Positions 53,988-64,000 of a stretch of DNA of 64,000 nt are shown in pieces. The DNA is from Camelus ferus (taxonomy: Eukaryota), in NCBI RefSeq assembly GCF_009834535.1, contig NC_045698.1:9488001-9552000 (forward strand), in the 5' to 3' direction. A program made the position numbers and the translations under genes. Every line of letters starts with the position of its first letter. Position 1 is the stretch's first letter. The notes beneath the pieces are model-generated. The model saw nothing but the letters and a program-made list of their open reading frames with translations, had not been told where the DNA came from and ran no database searches.

Positions 53988-54469
53988 AATGGTGTTCTGT
54001 CACCTATTTATGTAGAAGATGTTCTTTGTAGGATTTTACATTTAGGTATATATTCCCTTGTTGGTCTGTGTGGTTTTCAAGAGGAGCTTTAAGAAAAACA
54101 AAATTTATGCTGCTGCTGCTGCTGTTTTCTTGCTATAACCTACATTCTTCATTTTCCTTAAAAACTATTAATTATTCTGATTGGGATAAAGATGGCATAC
54201 TGTCCAAATTTGCTGATGATTCAAAGTTCCATAAAAAGAGTTAATGTACATAGAACTTTTATGCAGAAATAATCTCATAGAATAAAATGGTGGAATTAAT
54301 TTAATGCAAAAAAAATCTAGAAGAAAGAGAAAAAAACTTTAGAAAATCATTGGTAACTTAAAGGACACCATTTTAAGAGGTGTTAGAATGCAGAAGCTAC
54401 ATCTCAGTGGGAATCAAAGTTCCCTGCAAAGTTTAATTCTTTGACTTTAGTGATTGGCAGTTATTTATT

Positions 54470-55260
54470 TAACAAATGTATTGAATGCTTTATAATAGTA
54501 GAAAATATGTGCCAGGCACTGTATTAAGTGTTTTTATGTGGTATGTCATACATATTTATGATTAAACTTCTTGAGGTGTAGACATTAGGAGCTCTATTTA
54601 AAATAAAGGTAATAAAGCTAAGGCTCAGGAAAGTAAAGGAACTCGCTGGTAGTTGTACATCTGGGAAACATTTGAGCAGGGATTAAAGTAAAGTCAAGGT
54701 CCATTGGTCTCCAGAGTACATACTCTTCCTATTATTCTGGTGACTAAGATGCGGTCCATGCTCTGTATAATGTTGCAGTGTTTTCTAGGAACAGATAATA
54801 AAACCAACAATTACATTGCAGTGTGATGGGTGCTAGGGTAGACTTGAGGCTTAAGCTGTGGGAGCATAAATGGTCCCATCAGACTCTGTGTCTCTCAGGA
54901 AATAGCCTCAGAGGAGAGAGGTGAGACTCGACCAAAGAAATCTGGCTGCAGGGCAGGTGGGGAGAGAAGAAACAGAGCATAGGAGTTCCAGGCAATGAGC
55001 TGCAACATGCAAACCCATCAATGCCCTGAAAATTTTTCGTTTAGGAAAGTTTTAATTACAGTAGCTTCCAAAACAGATTGAGAGAGAAAGAGAGAGGAAG
55101 AGAGAGAGAGAGACAGAGAGAGTGTGTGTGTGTGCGTGTGCATGTGTGTGAGACAGGGCTGGAGAGGAGAAAGAAATCAATAAACCCAGGGGAACAGTGA
55201 GCATTGGCATACACAAGGCTTGTATACTAGGAAAGGGTCTGAACTTTCTCCAGAAATCTA
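54470..55260 (-). mobile_element. MIR followed by LINE-2 fragments
   Basis: tatgtgccaggcactgtattaagtg...ctaaggctcaggaaagtaaaggaactcgc; attacattgcagtgtgatgggtgct...ctttctccagaaatctatggagagcca. Confidence 0.6.
55080..55152. repeat. (GA)n-(GT)n compound microsatellite
   Basis: gagagagaaagagagaggaagagagagagagagacagagagagtgtgtgtgtgtgcgtgtg. Confidence 0.9.
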
Positions 55261-56639
55261 TGGAGAGCCAAAAATGAATTCAGCCAGTGGCCACAGAGAA
55301 TGGGATGAGTATCTGAGTGCCGGTATTCCCAGAAAAACTTATCTTAGTCTCAAGCCAACTTCTGAACTCATCACTGTGGCCAACGCAGTGGGCTTGAGAA
55401 GTGTGTCTTCCTGGAGCTGGAGCTGCAGGCAGATCCTTCAGGAGCCCCCTGCTTACCAGGGGAAATGGGCTGGTGGGTCAAGAGGGAATTGTTGGGAAAG
55501 CAGCAAATTACAACATTCAAACATATCTTCACGTGGCTGGATTCTGGGTTTTCATTTTAAACCTTTAAAAGCCTTCATGTGAACAAGAATATTAACAACA
55601 CTTCCTTCTTAAAATTATCAAGACATCCTTTCATCCTCTCATAAAAATGAAATATTACAATTTCCGGGAAAGATGCAATTCTACTAACAAAGACTATCAA
55701 AAGAGGAAAGATATATTTACCATCTTAATTGGGAACAAAATAGAAAAACCAATAGGTTCACACAGACATATACTTATTTATGTGCATATGTAGTTTAGTA
55801 TATATGGAATACTCACTAAATAAAAATATTAATAAACATATCTAGTGTGTTACAAGAAAATTTATAACATTGAAGCTAAAGATTCACAGCAAAGTGTACT
55901 AAAGGGCTAATATATACATTTTATTAACCTACAATTATATTAAGGAATAAACCAATTGAATTAGAAATGTCATTTACTAAGCTTGTTTGGAATACAAGTT
56001 TACTGGGCAGCTGAGCAAGAACATTTAGGACTTGCCAAAGGAAACAAGCAAACAAACAGAAAACACCAGTACTTCCCATAGGGCTTACTGTTAGCTGCAG
56101 GACACAGCAATTACACAGGTGGATTACACGTTTCCCTTAGCTGGGGAACTAAAGTGAATGTGATGAGTTGTTTTCATATAACAATAAAGAAGGAAGCCTG
56201 AGGAACAGTATTAATCAAGGATAGTCTGGCCTAGAGATGGAGAAGAGAAAGATAAAACCTTAAACACGATAAGGGGCAAAAGGATCTTTAGCAAAACAAC
56301 TGGATGAGACTGGGACATTCTGGCAAGAAACTCTTTCCCCTGAAGAAGATCACCTCAAAAGATTAAAAAATTGCTTGGAGCACACACAAATATGAAGTCT
56401 TCTGAGAATCAAAATATCACTCTTACACCTCCTCACAAGAAAAGAAATATACCTCTTCAATTGAATAGTGATCAAATCCAATTGTTTCTTAATGTTTAAA
56501 GCAATAATCAATCAAATATATGGATATGTATGGATAAAAGTAACTAAATTCTAATGATATTGTGCAGACTCATTCAACTCAAATTGCACTTATAGGAAAG
56601 CTGTCAATCAGATAAGTTTATATATTATGCAGCATGCAA

Positions 56640-56835
56640 TATGAGACAGGGGAAAAAAGATAAATTTCAAATCCAAATACTCTAGAGTAAAAGTTCCAAA
56701 TCTGCCTCAGAGTAGCTGTGTGAGCTTGCTTGTATTACATAATTCCTCTAACCCAGGTTCCTCGTCTATACAATGAATAAAGTAGCCCTTACGTTATACA
56801 GTTGTCATGAGTATTTAATTAGCTAATATTTTGCA
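56640..56835 (+). mobile_element. MIR SINE
   Basis: tctgcctcagagtagctgtgtgagcttg...ttcctcgtctatacaatg...acagttgtcatgagtatttaattagctaata. Confidence 0.7.
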
Positions 56836-57445
56836 GGATCTCTTATCCTACTAATATGAGTTTAGTGGAGAAGCTTATTAGTTGTGGTATAAACACACTG
56901 ATTTTATATTTCCTCCCAGCTGTGTTATGTTACCTTCTACCTCCTTGCCTTTGGAAAAAGCAAGCTCCATTAATATAATTTCAATTAGTCACTTCAGCGT
57001 CTTTCAGTGATGTTCAGTTCCTCTCTCTTCATCACATCCCCTCTTCCCACCCATCTGTTCCCAGGTGGCTGAGATTCTAATAGCTCAGAGAAGTGGGCTA
57101 TTTCTCTCATACACACTCCATCCCTCTGGGGATGGTATTTGATCCCAAAGAAGAAGCGAACTGGTTGTCTATGGTGAATTCACTTTGTCATACGTGCTGA
57201 TCCAGTTAGATGTCAGGGAGGAATTCAGTGTGAAAGTCTGGTTCCACTGTGAGGGCTACAGTAGACTCAGCTAATGATAGACTCATCCAAACTGAGTATC
57301 TAGGTATTGCTCACTCCATGTAAGATTTACTTATGTTTTCTAGCCGGTATTCCCAGTTGGAATGTACCACTTCACATTTCTCTGATGCACTGGCCAGTTT
57401 GCCCAAAGCTGTGTTGCTGTCATTAAACTAAAATCCCCAATCTCA

Positions 57446-57691
57446 TGTTTGATGGCTAATTTTAGGTGTCAACTTGGCCAGACTATGATACCCAGGTTTT
57501 TGTCAACACTTGCTATGAAAGTATTTTTTAGATGTAATTAAATCAGTAGACTTTGAGCAAAGCAGATTACTCTCCATAATGTGGGTGGGTCCATTCAATC
57601 CATTGAGGGCCTTAAGAGGAAAAAAACTGAAGTTTGCCCCCAATAGAAGATTTTTTTTTCCTCAAGACTGAAAAATAAAAAACCCTGCTGG
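57446..57691 (+). mobile_element. ERVL LTR MLT2D-like, 5' half
   Basis: tgatggctaattttaggtgtcaacttggcc...gcagattactctccataatgtgggtggg...gggccttaagagg...cctcaagactg. Confidence 0.9.
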
Positions 57692-58110
57692 GGAGGAATG
57701 CTAAGATGGTGGAGTAGGAGGCACAGCTCACCCCTCCCAGGAATACACCAGGAATTACACCTACAGACACATCCATTCACACAGAACACCTACTGAAATC
57801 TGACAGAATATCTCTTACATCAAAATACAAGAAGAGTCTTCACAAAAACCAGTAGGGGGGAAGGGGGTGAGAAAGGATAAATTGCGAGTTCAAGATTTGC
57901 ACATACTAACTACTGTATATATAAAATAGATTAAAAAAATTTCTTCTGTATAGCACAGGGACCTATATTCAATATCTTATAGTAACCTACAATGAAAAAG
58001 AATATAAAAACACATATATGTTTGTATATGTATGACTAAAACATTATGCCGTACACCAGAAATTGACACATTGTAACTGACTATATTTCAATAATAATTT
58101 TAAAAAAGAA
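57692..58110 (+). mobile_element. Bipartite non-autonomous L1 derivative (L1 5' UTR start fused to camelid-type L1 3' end, no ORFs)
   Basis: 5' ggaggaatgctaagatggtggagtagg (YY1-type AAGATGG motif), acagaacacctactgaa; 3' ggataaattgcgagttcaagatttgc...tgtatagcacagggacctatattcaatatc...gtacaccagaaattgacacattgtaactgactatatttcaata + A-tract. Confidence 0.75.
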
Positions 58111-58459
58111 TGCTTGCTACATTAAAGGAAGAAAATTCAGTTTAGACTAGAAGTTCCCAAAGGGTAAAAATAATTTTTCAAGTGTACAACTTTTCACTCT
58201 GCACCATAAAAAACCATTATATGAAATGCTAAAAATGAAACTTTCAAAATGCACATTTCTTCTATTACTGAAAGAAAACAGCTGAAATGTTAATCATTAA
58301 AAATTTCCGGTAATACAACATGGGCCCTTTCTAGTACAGTATTGAACCAAGGAAGAAGGATCTTTTGCAAGAGGAAGTAAAGAATTCAGTATTTATTCTG
58401 CAACACAATTTCACACCTATAATTTTAGGAAGTCATCATTTTCTTAACATAAAACTGGT

Positions 58460-61244
58460 ACTTCAGACTTCCAGTTTCCAGTCCACGTGTAAGGAGCTTA
58501 TAAGTTGCCACTCCATCCTCACAACCAGTAAAAGCTGAACAAACTGAAAAATCACCAAATTTTCTTAAATCTGTCAGAGAAGTGAGGTCACAGAGCAAAC
58601 CACTGCTCACAGAAGTGAAGAGACAGACAAGTGGATTAAGAGAAACACAACTTACCAGAGCAGAACCCTCTGCAAGAACCAGTGCTCAGGTGGGAAGCCT
58701 CAGCTGTAATGAACGAATCCTGGAGGCTCAGCATGGGCAAGTATGACCCTGGGGGACTCCGTCGTAGTGAACCTCCATGCTTTCATGAGTTTTATCTCCA
58801 GGAGCTCAGACCGGGTTCTCACAGTGAGTATCAGAGAAAAATCTGCTCGTGCTTCTAGAGGAGACAAGGGTAAAGGCACCGTTTTGAAAAAGACCAGAGC
58901 ACTCTCTTCTTAAGGAGCTTGACCTCAGGAGAAACTTGTTAACCAGAGCCTAACCTGCTGGGCTTTTATCAGAGTATAACTGACCTGGAGGGAAGGGAAA
59001 GAGCCACTCCTGCCCTCTGTCGCTAACCTGTCCCATCTAAAAATTGAGACATACATGAGAAGTTCACAGCCTAGGAACAAGGCTCATGAAAAGCTGAGAC
59101 CAATCACAGGACGATAAATGCTTCCACTTCCCCTTACACCTCACCACTACATTACTCAAGGCCTATTCACTCTTGTTCCCTTTACCTAATACCTTGTGTC
59201 CATCTTTCAGTGAAAAATTACAAGGCACAGTGAAAGGCAAAAACAAAGTTTGAAGAGGCTGAGCAAGCATCAGAGCCAGAGCCAGACACAGCACCAAGGC
59301 TGGAATTTTTTAAAGCTTTGATTAATGTGTTAAGGGATTTAATGGGAAAGTATACAATATGCAAGAACTGTTGGATAATGTAAACAGAGAGATGTAAATT
59401 CTAAGAAAGAATGCAAGAGAAATACTGGAGATCAAGACCACTGTCACAGAAATGAAGAATGCATTCGAGGGGTTCACAGTAGACTGAACAAGGCTGAGAA
59501 AAGAGTCTCTGAGCTTGAGGATGTCACAATAGAAACTTCTACAACTTAAAAGCAAAGAGAAAGAAGACAGAGAAAAACAGAACAGGATATCTAAGAACTA
59601 TGGGACAACTATACATGTATCAGGTACATAACAGGAACAGCAGAATGAAAAGGAAGAGCAAAAGGAACAGAAACAATATTTGAGCAATAATGATGGAGAA
59701 ATTTCCCCAAAATTAATGTCAGACACTAAACTACAGATGAAATGGAGAAAATTGATGAATGAATAGACAGATAGATCAACTGGAACAGAATAGACAGCCT
59801 AGAGATGACCCACATAAATACAGTCCTGCTGATCTTTTGTAAAGGAACAAAGGCAAAGATAGGTTTTTCAACAAATGGTGCTGAAACAACAGGACATCCA
59901 CAAGCTAAAAAATAAATAAATAAATCTAGACAAAGACTACATGCTGCACAAAAGTTAAATCAAAATGAATCATAGACCTAAATATAAAATGTGAAACAAT
60001 AAACTTCCCAGAATATAACATAGGAAAAAACCTAGATGGACCTTGGATATGATGATGACTTTTTAGATATATCATCAAGGTATGATCTATGAAAGAAATA
60101 ATTGACAAGCTGGATTTCATTAAAATTAAAGACTTCTGCTCTGCAAAAGACAATGTCAAAGGAAGGAGAAGCAAGCCACAGATTGGGATAAAATATTTGC
60201 AAAAGACACATCTGATAAAGGACTGTTATCCAGAATATACAAATTCTTAAACCTCAGCAATAAGAAAACAAACAAATGATTTAAAAAATGGATCAAAGTA
60301 CTTGATACCTCACCAAAGAACATATATAGATGGCAAATAGGCATATGAAGAGATACTGAACATCCCAAGTCATTAGGGAATTACAAATTAAAAGAATTAG
60401 TTATTATTTCACACCTATCAGAATGGCCAAAATCTGGAACGCTGACAATACCAAATACTGATGAGGATGTGGAATTACAAGAACTCTCATTCATTGCTGG
60501 TGACAATGCAACATGGCCACCTACTTTGGAAGACAGTTTGACAGTTTCTTACAATGCTAAGCATAGACTTGCTATGCAATCCAGCAATTACACTCCTTAG
60601 CATATATCTAAATTAATTTAAACTAATGTCCACACAAAAATCTGCACATAGATGTTTATAGCAGCTTTATTCATAACTGTCAAAACTTGGAAGGAACCAA
60701 GATGTGCTTCAGCAGGTGGATGAGTAAACTGTGGTACATCTACACAGTGGAATATTATTCAGCATTAAAAAGGAATGAGCTATCGAGCCATGGAAAAACA
60801 TGGAGGAACCATTTAAATGAAAGAGGCCAATCTGAAAAAGATTCCAGCTATATGACATTCTAGAAAGGGCAGAATAGTGGAGATAGTGAAAGGACCAGTG
60901 GTTTCTAGAGGTTAGTAGGAAGGAAGGAATAGGTGGAGCACAGAGGATTTTTAGGCCAGTGAAACTGTTCTGTACAACACTGCAATGATGGATACATGTC
61001 ATTATACATTAGTCAAAACCCATAAAATGTACACCAAGGGTGAATCCTGATGTAAACTATGGACAATGGGTCAGTTGTAGGTTCATCAGTTGAACAAATG
61101 GACCACTTTGGTGCAGGATGTCAATATTAGGGAGTTTGTACATGTAGGGGCAGAGGGTACAGAAACTCTCTGTACTTTGTGCTCAAGTTGATATAAACCT
61201 AAAACTGCTCTAAAAATGAAGTTCATTAATTTATTTTTTTAAAA
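58460..61244 (+). mobile_element. Old L1MC1/2-like LINE-1 with 5' UTR, partial ORF1, large internal deletion (~59740), ORF2 3' end and 3' UTR
   Basis: 5' gacttccagtttccagtcc...gtaaggagctt...aagctgaacaaactgaaaaatc; ORF1-like agaaatgaagaatgcattcgagggg; ORF2 3' motifs from 59760; 3' end aaactctctgtac...aaacctaaaactgctctaaaaa. Confidence 0.88.
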
Positions 61245-61420
61245 AAAGAACCCTGCTGGAGTTTCCATCATTTTACTATGAGGAATTCGAACTAAAAACT
61301 GAAACATTGACATTTACCTGAGTTTCCAGCCTGCTGGCCTGCTGTACAGATTTCATACTTGTCAGCCCCTACAATCATGTGAGCCAATTCCTTAAACTCG
61401 CTTTCTTTCTGTTTCTTGCT
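61245..61420 (+). mobile_element. ERVL LTR MLT2D-like, 3' half
   Basis: ccctgctggagtttcca...tacctgagtttccagcctgctggcctgctgtacagatttcatacttgtcagcccctacaatcatgtgagccaattccttaaa continues the consensus from 57691. Confidence 0.9.
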
Positions 61421-61622
61421 GTGTGTGTGTGTATATATATATATATACACATACATAGATAAATATATTTACAGATATACAGGTACATTTATATGTATAT
61501 ATAATATTTATATACATATATGTATATTTATACATTTACTCATAAATATATATACATTTATATGCATGAATGTGTATATATATATATATGCATATATATA
61601 CAAACACACATTTATATATGCA
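61420..61622. repeat. (TG)n/(TA)n-rich low-complexity expansion at the MLT2 simple-repeat position
   Basis: tgtgtgtgtgtgtatatatatatatatacacatacatagataaatatat... Confidence 0.9.
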
Positions 61623-62324
61623 TTTTCCTCTCAGAAAGCAGGAATTCAAGTGTAGAAGGGTGGTACTGTCCATCTCTGCCTGGTAGTGCTTCACCATGAC
61701 CCACCATACATTTTTTCTGAAACCTCCCCAGCACAGCCTCTCTTGTAGAACAGGCCAAGTCAACCCGTCATTGATTTCAAAAACCAGGCCTGGAAGTAAC
61801 ATGCTTCTTTCCTCTTTTCATAATTACTAGAAAATATTACAAGCCATTCTCCTGATGCCTTTCTTCCATTGGAGAGTGGAAGGGAAGTAAGAGTTTTCTT
61901 CTCAAGCAATCAGAGCTGTGCCTGGAACATTGTAGGTGCTCACTGAATATAAGCTGTAAGGATTCACAGGCACTGTACTCTTCCAAAAAATGAGAGGTGG
62001 AGGCAAGGGAGAAGAGGGAAAGAGTGTGAAGATGGAATGATGGTGGCTCAGCTGGCTCTCTCAACTGACACGTCTGTAAGCTTCTTGGAAAAGAAATTGG
62101 CACAATCACTTGCAGTACTCAGAACTCAAAATGTGGGATTGTTAGCATCTTTTCTCATCATCCAGGGTCCAAATGGTGAATTCCCAATAAAGAGAATTCC
62201 ACTCAGTCCCTAACAATATCAGTTTACACTATTCTCTTACCTAAAAACCAGTTTATAGGACCAGATTATGCACTTGACCATCAAACACTAACATAATATC
62301 TTTTAATAGAAAGATTATTTGGGT

Positions 62325-62490
62325 TGAATTCTAAAGCTCTGGTTTCTAATTCTGTCCATCGCCTTGGATAAATTGCAGGCTACAAGTCTTAGCTTTATTT
62401 TATAAAAGAAAAAGAAGTACCTTGCAATGTTGTTGTGAGAATCAAGCAGATACCATATCTCCAAGGGCTTTCAAAGTACCATACAAGTGG
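62325..62490 (+). mobile_element. MIR SINE, degraded
   Basis: tctggtttctaattctg...ccttggataaattgc...tataaaag...aagtaccttgcaatgttgttgtgagaatcaa. Confidence 0.6.
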
Positions 62491-64000
62491 TACCCAAAGC
62501 GCTACTCCCTTCCCCTCCATCACACTGAAGGAAAGATTAACTGTTTTGTATTGATCAAAATTTGTGTCTTTGACAATTTTCACAATTCCAGTATAGATTC
62601 AAAGGTATTCATGCTTCTTCCAATCCTGTACAATGACATCATTCTTCAGCCAGACTCAGGATGAGTAAGATCAATATTTTGACAAATAGGATCCCCATTC
62701 AAAATGCTATGAGGCAGGGTTGAATTATAGCCTGCATCCCCTTTTCCCACGTGTACATTTAAGTAACAGGCGATGTATTCCATGAGCTGAGTGGATGATT
62801 AATTGTCATTACTTATAAGGAGACAAGAATTGTCTTTACTGAGGGTACTATTTAAGCACCATTAAAAAAAAAACAGGTGTTATCTAAAGAAGCAATTAAA
62901 CCTTTTAGCTAAATGTTGCCAGAAAGGACAACTTAGCATCAATTACTTAAACAATGTTTTCACTCTTTTAAATACATCTTTCAAATTTTAAAAGGGCAGT
63001 ATTTTGGTTTCACAATGAGTCAATTTACTGTGATTAATTCATAGTATGTCAGGAGAACTGCACTAAGTTCCGTTCAAAATTAGTAATTCTTTGAGGGACA
63101 TTTTGAGATTTATTGTCATGGAGGCTCTTGCTTGCTAACATGTTCTTTTGAACATTTAATGCCAAAATTAATGTTTCAAGTGCAGTATGATTCAGAAACA
63201 TCTGCCTAACCCATGTTTTAAAACAAAGTAAAATTACCTTTTTGAGTAAAAGAAATATAGGTCCTATTTGCTGGTAATCTTTGGACCTATGTCCCTATAA
63301 AAGAAATATGGTGGTGCTTTCAGACAAGAGTATTAATTAGGCTTCTTAATATTCAAAATCAATTACCAATTCTGTATCTCACACACCAGATAAATAAAGC
63401 ATATAGTGATTTTTCTCTTTGGTGAAAATTACAGAGTATTAAAAGTTCAATTGCCCAAGAAAACTCAAATATGAGTTGTCTCAATATAGGACTTCACCTT
63501 TCTTGAGATATATTAAAACATACAGTAAGGGATATGGTAATCTACCCTTCTATGCTAAGTTATATCACTATATTAAAATATGACAAATATATTTCTTCTA
63601 TGGGTCTAATATTTCCCCTTTGTGCCCAGCACATTAGTAAACTTTCAGCCACTTTTTGTCATGTCAAAATCTCCTCCTGATGGCAGCTTACTTACCCAAA
63701 ACGTCCTGCTATCCCAATTGAAGGAGAACAACACTAACTCTTCCAGAGCTCAGGAATCCAGGTTTATGGTAGACGGGTCTTTCTACATCGCAAAGCAAGA
63801 ATACAAAGGGGTTAGCCCATCCACAACATGTTAGGGAGAACAGAAAGTTAAACTCCGGGAAATAAACACAAGCATTGAAACTACATGGACACTGAAGAAT
63901 TTAGAGTTGAACTGAGTTGGCTTGCAAACAAGACCAGGCTGGGAATAAAATGAGGAGGATACAGGTGAGTAATGAAGGCCTATTCCCAGCTCCTGTTAGA

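Noticed and set aside
55220..55582. 120-aa ORF
   Set aside because: Starts in L2-like sequence with a non-ATG codon; no splice or domain support
57100..57420. Faint resemblance to an ancient LINE or processed-pseudogene fragment
   Set aside because: No continuous reading frame or recognisable motif I can support without a search

Overview
AT-rich, CpG-depleted placental-mammal genomic DNA, either intergenic or deep intronic. I can support no protein-coding exon, RNA gene, CpG island or CRISPR array. The listed ORFs are either decayed LINE-1 ORF2 fragments or chance ORFs. Much of the window is old interspersed repeat: MIR, L2, L1MA/MB/MC-type LINE-1, MaLR and ERVL LTRs, and hAT MITEs. I saw no Alu, B1/B2, Can-SINE, CHR/Bov or PRE-1 SINE, and the youngest L1 3' ends are cetartiodactyl-type, so a camelid source is my best inference. 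The most notable structure is a ~3.55 kb composite insertion (57692-61244) that splits an MLT2D LTR and is bracketed by one 15-bp target-site duplication. It starts with a ~420-bp non-coding 'mini-L1' (L1 promoter start fused directly to the L1 3' end). This is followed by ~350 bp of unrelated DNA and an old, internally deleted L1MC element. The arrangement looks like a 3' transduction driven by a non-autonomous bipartite L1 derivative. Also seen: a local DNA-level copy of part of an L1 (13.0 kb vs 17.4 kb), a MER41-like LTR with a GAS motif, and several canonical NF-kB motifs. Repeat family names come from my recollection of consensus sequences and need RepeatMasker/Dfam confirmation. Boundaries of old repeats are approximate.
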